Part shown: piece by piece, positions 1 to 9,878 of the stretch
Numbering within the stretch: position 1 is the stretch's first letter
How the letters are laid out: every line of letters starts with the position of its first letter
Source: Nitrosopumilaceae archaeon
GTDB taxonomy: Archaea; Thermoproteota; Nitrososphaeria; Nitrososphaerales; Nitrosopumilaceae
DNA: 64,000 bases
Assembly: GCA_965208905.1 (NCBI GenBank)
Contig: OZ242365.1
Coordinates: forward strand, 1,920,001-1,984,000
Reading direction: 5' to 3'
The notes under the pieces: model-generated
Databases searched by the model: none
Told to the model about the DNA's origin: nothing
The model's input: the letters and a program-made list of their open reading frames with translations, nothing else
Position numbers and translations under genes: made by a program

Positions 1-404
1 CCACCCTGCAAATCACGAAGGCCGATTTCATGATACCACCTGTCTACAAACGCGGTGCGTCTGTTGGCATCAAGCACCTCAAACGACTTGTATTCGGGAC
101 ATACCTGCTTGAGCATCTGGAGGCAGAACGAGTCGATCGTCCCCACATACATGTCGCCAAAGTCTGATTTTTTTGGATACTCCGCCTTCAGTATCCTGCG
201 GATTCTCAGCTTGAGCTCGCTGGCGGCCTTCTCGGTAAACGTAACGGCCACGATTTCAGATGGCTTTTCACCCTTCCCTACAAGCTCGGCCACCCTCCGG
301 CTTACGGTCTCGGTTTTGCCGGCACCGGGACAGGCAATTATCCTTAGGTGTCCGCAGTGATGCCCTATGATATCCTTCTGTGCCTTGGAAAGTTCCAGTT
401 TCAC
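1..404 (-). CDS. UvrD/Rep family SF1 helicase, N-terminal part (runs off window start; not in ORF track)
   Basis: Manual minus-strand translation from GTG at 404: MKLELSKAQKDII...IIACPGAGKTETV (Walker A)...VAVTFTEKAASEL (motif Ia)...VGTIDSFC (motif Ib). Confidence 0.9.
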   Translation of the reverse strand, partial: MKLELSKAQKDIIGHHCGHLRIIACPGAGKTETVSRRVAELVGKGEKPSEIVAVTFTEKAASELKLRIRRILKAEYPKKSDFGDMYVGTIDSFCLQMLKQVCPEYKSFEVLDANRRTAFVDRWYHEIGLRDLQG

Positions 405-456
405 AGTGTTAGTTTTTTGTATGTGGTAAAAAACAAAGCGATAACAGATAGACCTA

Positions 457-1559
457 TAGTTGGGAGCATAAATAATCCTACATTCTATTAAAGACATAAA
501 TGATCAAAACCATTAACTAATTATATGAATGACCAAACCGAAGCTCAAAAAATAAAAACGGCCCTAAAACAGACTAAGAGTGCAACACAGCACGCCCGTA
601 TCGTAGCCGTAAACATGGTGCGCATTAAAGGACATGCCGTCTCCTTGGCAGCGGATGTGCTTGGTGTCGATCGTAGTACCATATATGATTGGCTTGATGC
701 CTACGACCATAAAGGCCTAGATGGCCTCGCCGATGGTGCGAGGCATGGCTGTCCACCTTTCGTACCGCGCCACACATTAGAGAACATAATTAACGGTGCT
801 AAGCAATTCACCGCCTACGGATTTGTTAAATTGGTTGAAAAAAAGACCGGCATAAAATACAGCGAATCGCAAGCGCGCCGTATCCTTAAGTCTCTTGGCT
901 TTACGGAAGACTCCCCGAATATCCGACCGAATTCCACCAAGGAGAGATCTCGAAATCTGGCAGAAAGATACCACAAATGAGATAGAAATACTGAAAAAAG
1001 ACGGATTTACGCCTATAATGTATAATGAAAGCCACCAAAATTTGAGCATGTTTGGCAGCGGCGCAGTCTATACACGTGATGATGCCATACCGGTACAAAC
1101 GCCACTTGGCAACCAGCGCCAGATCATATACGGCGGCATCACGCTAGACGGGTAGACATGCTATATGGCCGCTAGCAAGGCCAACGACAGGTCCTTTATC
1201 AGGTATTTGAATAAGACGAAAAAACGGTTCGGCAAGGTTGCCATAATATTGGATAATGCCGCATATCACAACTCTAACCGCGTAAAGCGATACTTGAGAA
1301 AGAATAGTGATTTCGTCAAACTGATATTCTTGCCTCCGTACTCGCCGTTTTTGAATCCGGCCGAATGGTTGTGGCTCAACGGCAAGGCAAGGAGACGACG
1401 AACTTTCAAGCGGCCGACCAAAAGATATTTCCGAAGAAAAATCATGCTGATATACGAGTCACTGGAAATAAAGTTTGAGCCACACAACACTCTGATCAGA
1501 AATTTGGACAAAATCCTATCGGTGTAAAACTGGTGTCGGGTTATTTATGCACCTAACTA
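457..1559 (+). mobile_element. IS630 family element, degenerate copy 1
   Basis: Ends are TAGTTGGGAGCATAAATAA and TTATTTATGCACCTAACTA (19-bp imperfect TIR), with TA on the left flank. It is homologous to the intact copies at 50835 and 53363. Confidence 0.93.
525..1527 (+). pseudogene. IS630 transposase pseudogene
   Basis: Split into ORFs 525-980, 895-1155 and 1165-1527. Versus the intact copies there is a ~5-nt deletion near 900, CAG>TAG at 1153, and the first catalytic Asp motif VDES is changed to YNES. Confidence 0.92.
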
Positions 1560-1734
1560 AATTCTAATAAATATACCAAACGAATTAGATCGTTACCCCC
1601 AAAATGCCGATATTTGGGTTGACCTAGCGTCTATTTTATACTTAATACCCTAAAACTATGGACGAACATTGTAGATGCGAATTTCGTCTGTCAGTTATGA
1701 CAAACGCGCTATTTGGTGTGGTGGTGTGTAAACC

Positions 1735-1923
1735 CTAGGCGGGTGGCTCTTTTGTCGAGAGTGGTTTTTCTATGATACATATTACATTTCTTTTCAAAAC
1801 CACTCTGGTGCCACGATGACTTATGGTTTTACGAATAATCCGCGGCTTGCCAAGCTCCCGACATGTACAGACAATTCTTTCACCTCTCAGCGTATCGCCA
1901 AGTTCGGTATATACGTTCGGCAT
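1735..1923 (-). CDS. small basic hypothetical protein (62 aa)
   Basis: Start overlaps the stop of the upstream gene (TAATG at 1921-1925), suggesting translational coupling. No recognisable domain. Confidence 0.4.
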   Translation of the reverse strand: MPNVYTELGDTLRGERIVCTCRELGKPRIIRKTISHRGTRVVLKRNVICIIEKPLSTKEPPA

Positions 1924-2387
1924 TACTCTTCGTCTTTTATTCTCCCCTCGCTACGCAGAATGTCTATTGCTTTTACAACCGCATCGTAATCTAAACCATA
2001 TTTGTCTGCAATATCGCTGGGATAGAACACTTTTCCAGTTTCATAATTTTCGAGAATTAGGTCCCTAATATCTCTGGAGGACATGTCTTGGTTATCTAGG
2101 TCCGTCCCCTCAACCACAATATCCTTCAAAACTCTTTCTAAATTTCTTTGACTATGAATCAACCAATCAACCTTCTCGTGCAACATATCTACTTTTTTTC
2201 TAAGATCCTGCAAATTTTCAGATTCGGTATAGCGTCCCAGAACCCTTACAGACTTCATTTGCGAATATATGCGCCCTCCCTTGTCTATCGGTTCTAACCC
2301 CAATTCATATGATATAAAACCCACACTAGCCGCACTCCGAGTTAATTCGATATTTGGTGTACTAGATTGAGTTACATTAGCAGTCAT
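1923..2387 (-). CDS. hypothetical protein with coiled coil and C-terminal winged-helix-like segment
   Basis: C-terminus IRDLILENYETGKVFYPSDIADKYGLDYDAVVKAIDILRSEGRI has an HTH pattern. ATGA overlap with the upstream ORF. Confidence 0.7.
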   Translation of the reverse strand: MTANVTQSSTPNIELTRSAASVGFISYELGLEPIDKGGRIYSQMKSVRVLGRYTESENLQDLRKKVDMLHEKVDWLIHSQRNLERVLKDIVVEGTDLDNQDMSSRDIRDLILENYETGKVFYPSDIADKYGLDYDAVVKAIDILRSEGRIKDEE

Positions 2388-2779
2388 CTTCTCACACTAT
2401 CTACCTTTGAGCGTTGTGGGTATTTGAACTCTGCGTCAATCTGAAAGGCAGTTATTTCATATCTAATAGTCTGCAAAACGGTACAAACCGATTGTTGATT
2501 CTTATATGCGTCAACTAACTCAGCCACGTGCGTCCTTAACTTGTCAGTAAGTAAGTCTAAATCCTGTTCTGGTATGACAAGTAAGTGTTGGATTCGTCCA
2601 GTTTGTATGCAGGCCGCTTCTACTACCTCGCCAATAAACACCTCTTTGCTAGACTCAAGTTGATAGGCCAACCTGATGAGATCAGTTGATGCTCTAGCCG
2701 CCACATCGTATTTACCACTCTCCAAGGCGTTTGCTACCTTTATCACTCCTGCGCATAGCACATCGCTTGGTGATTTCAT
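2384..2779 (-). CDS. hypothetical helical protein (131 aa)
   Basis: First gene of a coupled three-ORF unit divergent from CBASS, with an AT-rich TATA-like upstream region. Confidence 0.65.
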   Translation of the reverse strand: MKSPSDVLCAGVIKVANALESGKYDVAARASTDLIRLAYQLESSKEVFIGEVVEAACIQTGRIQHLLVIPEQDLDLLTDKLRTHVAELVDAYKNQQSVCTVLQTIRYEITAFQIDAEFKYPQRSKVDSVRR

Positions 2780-3257
2780 ACTATTTGTTCAACAAGATTG
2801 CATATATTTATAACTGTTTTTTGGTTTGCAAGCAAACATTGGTGATTCAAAATGCTCAAAAATACACATATTCGGCCCCTGCTCTTGGTAGACGAAAATC
2901 AACAAAATATGGTCACATTTAATACTAGAAACTAACGTGATCAAGCGTGCGTACCGCAAATTCATATTAATCCGCTTTAATCTTGAACGGATCAGCATAT
3001 AATCGTGTAGTACGTCCATTTGTGCCCAAATTGTTCATGGTAGAACTAGGTAAGCACCACTTTTATACACATATATTTATCTTAATATACCAAATGATGG
3101 TGCTATTAGGAGAGTTATTTTGGCTATACAATTTAGGTTTACCTAAAAGCTTTTCTGGTATTGATACATATGAGATGCAGATTAAAAATTGGGTTTCGCA
3201 GTTATTAGGTATCAAAACATTGTCTGAATTACACAAGTACCTGTCGGTGAAGTTTAG

Positions 3258-4235
3258 TTGAAAGGGCCACTTGTAACTCATACGGACATACGTTACTTTG
3301 CTGAGTCACACATTAACCTTTCATCTAGTTTAGTCTACAAGTATAGAACACAGGTGAACAATCTTCGTGTTGAGCTTGAACGACATATTAAAAAAAATCC
3401 CGAGTTTGGATTGGTAAAAATGATACATGCTGGAAGCGTTGCTAAAGGAACTGCCCTGAAAACCATCAATGATCTTGATGTTGCCGTATACATGAGGAAG
3501 AGACATAACCTTGTCAATGAAAGCAAAGTGGTTCCATTGGTGGAGAATCTCCTTTGTGATGCATATCCGCAGAAAGAACGAGATGATTTTCAAAGCTCAC
3601 CCCGAAGTGTTAGAATTCATTTTAGAGGAAGCGGTCTGGATGTAGATGTTGTGCCGGTATTATATTATAATGACAAGTACGACTTTGGGTATTTGATAGA
3701 TAAGTATACTGGTGAGAAACTTCTTACCAACATCCCTTGTCATCTTCAGTTTATACGCCAACGAAAAAAATCTAATCCTGAACATTTTGCCCAGGTGATA
3801 AGACTAGTCAAGTGGTGGGCATACCAACGAAAAATGGAGAAATCTACATTCAAATGCAAGTCATTCCTGCTGGAACTACTCGTTGCTCATCTGGTAGATT
3901 CTGGTATGAGATTGGACGACTATCCACAGGCTCTTGAAGAGTTCTTTAGCTATATAGTAAAGACTGGACTTGAGAAGCGTGTAACATTCGTCAATGATCA
4001 TAACACTAACGCATTTCCAGAATATACGGGGGATGCCATTGAGGTATTTGATCCGGTCAACCCACAAAACAATGTTACCAAAAGTTACTCCATTTTTGAT
4101 CGTAACGCACTTGTCGAAACCGCAGAAGACGCAGCAGATGCCATACGGGAGGCACACTATGCCACCACCAAAGAACGAGCAGTAAAATCATGGCAAGTCG
4201 TCCTTGGACCAACTTTTAGAGGCAAACGACCATGA
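3258..4235 (+). CDS. CBASS cGAS/DncV-like nucleotidyltransferase (CD-NTase, CdnC/CdnD-like)
   Basis: Contains GSVAKGTALKTINDLDVAV (GS-x10-DxD), a third Asp in LDVDVVP, IRLVKWW and DPVNPQNNV. First gene of a HORMA/TRIP13/SAVED operon. Confidence 0.92.
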   Translation: MKGPLVTHTDIRYFAESHINLSSSLVYKYRTQVNNLRVELERHIKKNPEFGLVKMIHAGSVAKGTALKTINDLDVAVYMRKRHNLVNESKVVPLVENLLCDAYPQKERDDFQSSPRSVRIHFRGSGLDVDVVPVLYYNDKYDFGYLIDKYTGEKLLTNIPCHLQFIRQRKKSNPEHFAQVIRLVKWWAYQRKMEKSTFKCKSFLLELLVAHLVDSGMRLDDYPQALEEFFSYIVKTGLEKRVTFVNDHNTNAFPEYTGDAIEVFDPVNPQNNVTKSYSIFDRNALVETAEDAADAIREAHYATTKERAVKSWQVVLGPTFRGKRP

Positions 4236-4735
4236 CTTACTCTTTTACGACAAGTACCACATTTACCAGAACTAATGCAGAGTATATTGCTTCCAAAGTT
4301 ATGGCAGACCTTCGAGGCATGAAAGACTACTATGGGCAACCAAACGAATCATCTATACGGGCATACTATGAGGAGATGGTCGAGCTCTTGGTGGAAGGCT
4401 GTATGAAAAGTATGGAATATGGGTTTCGGAGAAATGGTCGGAGGGTAGTTACGCTATATTATGAGGTTCATCTAGATGGCTTATTTCCAGATGTAAAATC
4501 TGGCGGTGTCTATCCGCGGGCTGATATCTCTGGTGCAGAATGGTTCTCGTTTTTGACTTATAGCCACAAATGGTACTTGTTGACAGAGTCAGCTCAACAA
4601 CGTATTAAAGCGCGACTACCCTTCAAACGCACCTCAGGACCCAACGTGCAAAATGGGAATGGTTATTGGGTTGACGATAAAAGTTACTCTTCCAAAGATG
4701 TTGGTGTCAAACGGCGGACATTTCGTCCTGTATAG
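4232..4735 (+). CDS. cap7: bacterial-type HORMA domain protein (type III CBASS)
   Basis: N-terminus TYSFTTSTTFTRTNAEYIASKVMADL is typical of bacterial HORMA-1. It lies between the CD-NTase and the AAA ATPase with an ATGA overlap. Confidence 0.85.
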   Translation: MTYSFTTSTTFTRTNAEYIASKVMADLRGMKDYYGQPNESSIRAYYEEMVELLVEGCMKSMEYGFRRNGRRVVTLYYEVHLDGLFPDVKSGGVYPRADISGAEWFSFLTYSHKWYLLTESAQQRIKARLPFKRTSGPNVQNGNGYWVDDKSYSSKDVGVKRRTFRPV

Positions 4736-4745
4736 GTGTCGTTAC

Positions 4746-5684
4746 ATGGACTTGAACGATTTGTTTGATGTGGTCAAGCAAATGCCAGATCCGGATGCAT
4801 CTAGACAATTTGAGGATCTTGTTGGGTTAGATCATCTAAAGACAACCCTACTAAAAGAGGCCAGTCTTATTCTCATTCCGGATTTGTTAGAACAATGGAG
4901 CAAGGAAAAACACGATTTTGTTTTGCCGTGTGTGGAGCAATTTTATTGGCGTTCACCGTTGATGATATTCTCGGGGGATGTGGGTACCGGAAAGACGACA
5001 CTTGCCGACAGTTTGGGGGATGCTATAGCCCGACGGGAGCAAGTTGGAGTAACTCTTCTCCGTTTGAGTTTGATAACCCGCGGAAAAGGGGCCGTAGGCC
5101 AGATGACTCATCTGATATCACAAGCGTTTAAGGAAGTAGCCGACTTGGCTCGGACATATTCACAGCCAAACGGAAAGCCCACTTCAGTGGTTGTTTTTGT
5201 GATTGATGAAGCCGACGCGCTTGCCGAATCCAGGGACACTGAGCAGATGCACCATGAGGATCGTGCCGGAGTTAACTCACTTATTAGAGGTATTGACCAA
5301 CTGGCGCAAGAGCGCTTGCCAACTTTGGTGATAATGTGTACCAATCGCCAAGAGTCGCTTGATCCGGCAGTCATGCGCCGCGCAGCAATTCACCATAAAT
5401 TTAAACGGCCAAATATGACACAAAGAGAGATGTTGTTCCGCAGGGCTTTTGACAACATCTTCAAAGATGAGCAGTACCACAAACTAGCTCAACTAACAGG
5501 TTCTAAAGCGCAAGACCGCGACTACGGCTACTCTTTTTCTGATATTGCTCAGCGCCTCATACCGAATGTAATAATTGAAGCGTTTCCAGATAAAAAAGTT
5601 AGTTTTGATCTAGTGCTTGAGGTACTTGATCAGATGGAACCGACCCGCCCTTTTGGTTCTGTGTATGATGAACAAAAGATATGA
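4746..5684 (+). CDS. cap6: TRIP13/Pch2-like AAA+ ATPase (type III CBASS)
   Basis: Walker A GDVGTGKT, Walker B VIDEAD, SRH CTNRQESLDPAVMRRA. Likely start is the ATG at 4746 (MDLNDLF), not 4653. Confidence 0.9.
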   Translation: MDLNDLFDVVKQMPDPDASRQFEDLVGLDHLKTTLLKEASLILIPDLLEQWSKEKHDFVLPCVEQFYWRSPLMIFSGDVGTGKTTLADSLGDAIARREQVGVTLLRLSLITRGKGAVGQMTHLISQAFKEVADLARTYSQPNGKPTSVVVFVIDEADALAESRDTEQMHHEDRAGVNSLIRGIDQLAQERLPTLVIMCTNRQESLDPAVMRRAAIHHKFKRPNMTQREMLFRRAFDNIFKDEQYHKLAQLTGSKAQDRDYGYSFSDIAQRLIPNVIIEAFPDKKVSFDLVLEVLDQMEPTRPFGSVYDEQKI

Positions 5685-7132
5685 CCTCCAGACTGAGTCC
5701 TAGCAGTGCTCGAATCAGAGGAGACGACTATCAACACCTGTTAGCTTGGATTCAGGTGGTAAAAGCAATTTGTGGTGTGGATAAAATAACCAAAATAGGA
5801 ATTGAGGATCCCAAAGCAGCAAATGCTGATGATATTACCGTATACATGAAAAATGGAGAACGTCAATATTATCAGGTAAAGTATTCAGTCGATGCGCGTG
5901 AAACCATTGGAATACAATGGCTCATGACAACCAAGCCTGGTAGGCAGAGCATGCTACAACGATTCTATAGTTTGTGGTCAGGCGAGCCTGACGAGCGCAA
6001 GCCAAAGATAGTTTTGGTAACTAATAAACCTATTGTGGATAGTAGGGATTTGTTGGTGAGTCGAGACGGCTCTGACGGTACCATTGCGCGTGCATTACAA
6101 AATAAACATTCACAATCAGGGATTGATCGCATTCGTTGTAATATTGCTAAACATCTTAAAATTAGCGAAGAGGATGTAGTGTCGTTTTTTAAAGACATTA
6201 ATTTCCAGATTGGAATACCTGATGTTGACTGGAGAGGTATAGCAAAAGAGCATATGTGTGCGGCGGGCCTTTATTACGATGAGGATGCGGTAAATAAAGG
6301 CGTGGCAATTGTACGAGATTGGGTAAAGCAAGGCAAAAGGGAAATATTTTTGTCCGAGATGCAAAAAGTGGTTGAGTCGCTAAAACAATCTGATGAGTCA
6401 TATACGGCCTCAATTCTTATACAGATGATTGATCACACCCCAAGTCAGGAATCGGATGCAATTGTCTTTGACTGGGTTGATTTGTTCCCGGGCGATAAGC
6501 CGGGAGTTAGGCATTGGCCACAGGACTCTGCACTGTGGAATAACAAGTTTTTGCCTGATCTCTGGAAAGCTGCAGAGAAACTACGACAACAAGGACATAC
6601 GCACATTCGGGTACGGGGAGAGATGCGCTTGCCTACTTGGTTTGCCGTGGGCTCTCAAATGCGCAAGACGGCCAGATTTGTGGTTTCATCAAGCCAAAAC
6701 GGGGATGTGTGGTCTTCAATAGGACAAGTTACTCAACCTGCTTTCACGTGTGATACTACTATTCTGGGATCTGGTAAAGATTTTGCCGTGGGAATGTCCT
6801 TGTCCTTTGACCTGTCGATAGATGTGTTGGAATGCCTTCGCGACCAACAAATCAATGTTGGTAAGTACTTTCATATTAGTGCTACAAAAGGCATAAACAA
6901 TCAGTCGGTTGGTGATGCTACAGAGGCCCGAGGTTGGGCCTATCAAATACGTGACTCTATACGTCACTTGGTTCAGGAAAACAGGCCGGACAAAATACAC
7001 CTCTTCTTAGCAGCCCCTGCTGGCATGGTGCTTTTGTTGGGACACTTATGGGATCAAATGCCATATACGCAAGTATATGAGTATCTTGGTCCGTCTAAAA
7101 GATATGCTCCCTCATATGTAATTTCAGGATGA
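5681..7132 (+). CDS. CBASS effector: Cap4-like PD-(D/E)xK endonuclease fused to SAVED domain
   Basis: N-terminal GDDYQH...ADDITV...YYQVKYS nuclease motif and C-terminal SAVED-like IHLFLAAPAGMVLLLGH...VYEY. ATGA overlap with TRIP13. Confidence 0.85.
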   Translation: MTSRLSPSSARIRGDDYQHLLAWIQVVKAICGVDKITKIGIEDPKAANADDITVYMKNGERQYYQVKYSVDARETIGIQWLMTTKPGRQSMLQRFYSLWSGEPDERKPKIVLVTNKPIVDSRDLLVSRDGSDGTIARALQNKHSQSGIDRIRCNIAKHLKISEEDVVSFFKDINFQIGIPDVDWRGIAKEHMCAAGLYYDEDAVNKGVAIVRDWVKQGKREIFLSEMQKVVESLKQSDESYTASILIQMIDHTPSQESDAIVFDWVDLFPGDKPGVRHWPQDSALWNNKFLPDLWKAAEKLRQQGHTHIRVRGEMRLPTWFAVGSQMRKTARFVVSSSQNGDVWSSIGQVTQPAFTCDTTILGSGKDFAVGMSLSFDLSIDVLECLRDQQINVGKYFHISATKGINNQSVGDATEARGWAYQIRDSIRHLVQENRPDKIHLFLAAPAGMVLLLGHLWDQMPYTQVYEYLGPSKRYAPSYVISG

Positions 7133-7271
7133 ATTTAATATGAAGGGATAGTTCAATACTTCTCTTGTTGGCTATCCCGCAGGTGAAATTATGTAGTCAA
7201 TGTCTAGATTCCGGGAAAACCTTGTCCAAAAAGTCTATGTCTGATTATTCATATCTCTGTTTTGGAGACAC

Positions 7272-7523
7272 CTAAACCGGCAGGAACGCGCATACTTGGC
7301 GCCAGATTACACCCCTAATGCCTAGTTGTGCGGAATCGCAGTCTTTCATGTCAGTCAGGCTGAACGCCAATATGAGACGAGTATCTAAATCCACCAGAAT
7401 GTGTAGGTTGAAGAACCCTCTTGTAATTTTCCACTGTACGCGTATCCACTCGCTCCTATTGCCCAGCTTTATTTCAGTATAGTCGGGAACCAGTCTTATG
7501 ATGCCGTCTTTGGTAGGCTGCAA
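7272..7523 (-). pseudogene. IS5 family (IS903-like) transposase fragment
   Basis: LVPDYTEIKLGNRSEWIRVQWKITRGFFNLHILVDLDTRLILAFSLTDMKDCDSAQL matches the degenerate DSTG...EW...W...KLH.AVD...DS region. Confidence 0.75.
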
Positions 7524-7969
7524 GGTATTATCCTTTTCAAACTAGGACATTGTTCTGTCATCTATATCATATGGCAGAATAGATAGGGGCCTACTCGTCT
7601 CCACAGATTGTTTTCAGGTATATTGCTAGAGGAGACCTGACATGTGAAGGAAGAGAATAGGGACCTGCATGAACGAATCATCATACTATACTAGCGGACA
7701 ATAGGATCCGATAGTTTATCAGGCAAAGGGTAGCTCCCGTGTGGTATCTGTCAAGTCCTATGGTTTCAGTGCGGTCAGACGTACGGGAAGAACCGGTAGT
7801 GGTAAATGACATGTAAATGAACGCGTGATTGTTCATTGATATGGCTAGAGGCAAGCGTCGCGCCGTCGCGCACCAAATATCCCGGGCCTCACGCAGCGAT
7901 AACGCCGGTCATCCTGACGGGCCGCACCTCTCCGGTCTCGACCAGCCGGATGACGGCTTCCTCTATATA

Positions 7970-8311
7970 TAGTCAGGTGCATAAATAACCCGACACCAGT
8001 TTTACACCGGTAGGATTTTGTCTAAATTTCTGAACAGAATGTTGCGCGGCTCAAACTTTATTTCCAGTGACTCGTATATCAGCATAATTTTTCTTCGGAA
8101 ATATCTTTTGGCCGGCCGCCTGAAAGTTCGCCGTATCCTTGCCTTGCCGTTGAGCCACAACCATTCGGCCGGATTTAAAAACGGCGAGTACGGAGGCAGA
8201 AATATTAGTTTGATGAAATCACTGTTCTTTTTCAGATATCGCTTTACGCGGCTAGAGTTGTGATATGCAGCATTATCCAGTATTACGGCAACCTTGCCGA
8301 ACCGTTTTTTT
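7970..8311 (-). mobile_element. IS630 copy 2, 3' part only (truncated at the MITE)
   Basis: Begins TAGTCAGGTGCATAAATAA (right TIR) after a TA. Encodes KKRFGKVAVILDNAAYH...LDKILPV. Homology stops exactly at the MITE end at 8312. Confidence 0.92.
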
Positions 8312-8482
8312 GGTTCTGGGAAATCAACGGGACATGACATGTAGTGGGAAATTAGGGACATAAAAAATGAGGGATTAAGATGTTGATTCTGCGGCTGCTC
8401 GAATGAGGGTTAGGTACTTGCTATTGCCCTCGATAGTGATACCTGCGGCTTCCATGTCATGTCCCGTTGATTTCCCAGAACC
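8312..8482. mobile_element. 171-bp MITE with perfect 30-bp TIRs (IS6-like GGTTCTG ends)
   Basis: GGTTCTGGGAAATCAACGGGACATGACATG (8312-8341) and its exact reverse complement (8453-8482). The interior minus strand reads EAAGITIEGNSKYLTLIRAAAESTS*, a transposase C-terminus. Confidence 0.88.
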
Positions 8483-8692
8483 GTTGAGTAATAACCTCTT
8501 TAACAGATAAAATAGAAGTCAAGGAGATTTAGTGGGAGTCATGTATTAGTTCATAAAATCTTCATCATCTACGATAGACCGAGCGGGATGCTAAAACAAG
8601 ATCAGATGGAATTACGCAACAACTCCCACCTCTATGTATAGCCGCTTATTATAAGATCCGACTCGCGCCCTGCCAGAACCTACGCAATCGAT

Positions 8693-9430
8693 GTGATGGT
8701 GTACGCCATCTTCCTGCGTAAAGCACTTGTACGCCTTCGGCGGATGATACGCATGGTGATCATACATGGTTCCTCGGACAGCGAGCGAAGACTGCTTGAC
8801 AAGCTGCCAAACGAGGTGCGCAGCATAGACGACATGCACAAGGTCAAGGAGGATTTCAAGCACAAGCACGAGAATGCATCAGGGTGGTTTGCGGGGCTAA
8901 AACGCTGGAACTACCGGCGCCAGATTGACAAGATAGACCGCGGAATGAAGGATCCACTTCGGGCGGGAGCAGACGGAGAAAAGGACATGCTGGATATTCT
9001 GACTGTCTTGGATGACTCGTATCACGTATTCTGCGATTTGCACGTAATATTGCCTTATACTGTCCGGTACAATGGACAAAAGAATCTCAGATCCGCCCAG
9101 ATGGACCTTGTGGTAGCGTGCTTGAAGGGCATATTCCTCATCGAAGTAAAGAATTGGAGCGACAGGTATGCCATGAATCCGGGGTGGAGTCCGCATGAAC
9201 AGACGGAGAGGGCCGGCAGAGTTTTGTGGATAGCGCTTCAAAACTCCGTTGGCGAGGTACGCGTGACCAACATTCTGCTATCCATGCGAGGCAACATACG
9301 GTATGATTCCAACTATCGTTCCATTTGGGTGTCTGATCCGGACAGGATTGTAGGTTTTCTAGAGGGTAAACCTGACACGCTAACGCAGCCTGATTTGACA
9401 CGGATACTAACCAAGTTGGATAAATTATGA
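8693..9430 (+). CDS. NERD (nuclease-related domain) protein
   Basis: GADGEKDM...HVFCDL...QMDLVVACLKGIFLIEVKNWS NERD signature. Start uncertain (possibly ~8753). Confidence 0.85.
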   Translation: MMVYAIFLRKALVRLRRMIRMVIIHGSSDSERRLLDKLPNEVRSIDDMHKVKEDFKHKHENASGWFAGLKRWNYRRQIDKIDRGMKDPLRAGADGEKDMLDILTVLDDSYHVFCDLHVILPYTVRYNGQKNLRSAQMDLVVACLKGIFLIEVKNWSDRYAMNPGWSPHEQTERAGRVLWIALQNSVGEVRVTNILLSMRGNIRYDSNYRSIWVSDPDRIVGFLEGKPDTLTQPDLTRILTKLDKL

Positions 9431-9878
9431 TGCCCGTACGTACCCATAGTAATCACATTGCTACAAACACTGCTTTATCACCTGGCAGCCATTAGGAAGT
9501 AAACTAACTGATGCGTACAGCTAATCTCAGTTGGTTGACTCTACCACTTTCAAAATGCTCCACAGAATTGTCCAAAAATCCGGACTGGGACATATTTGGG
9601 AAGTCTGCCACTATTTCAAGTAATGTAACGGTAGCCGCCTAATGCAGAAATATTTCAGATGTGTGGATAAATGACATACCATTGGGCATAGGAAGGAAAG
9701 GACCTGAGCATATACAAAAACATCACACATATACACAAACACCAGTACATTTTGTGCACTATTCATAACTCTATATTCAATACTTGCACGTATAGACGTC
9801 TGAAACAAGAGTATACCTACTTAGTAAATATCAAAATAGTATATTATATATGTAGTACAATGGCTTGAAGCTCTTATC

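Noticed and set aside
55-360. 101-aa plus-strand ORF
   Set aside because: Antisense shadow of the UvrD helicase on the minus strand.
8002-8361. ORF with N-terminus MSLISHYMSCPVDFPEP fused to an IS630 C-terminus
   Set aside because: Chimera created by reading out of the MITE TIR, not a real gene.
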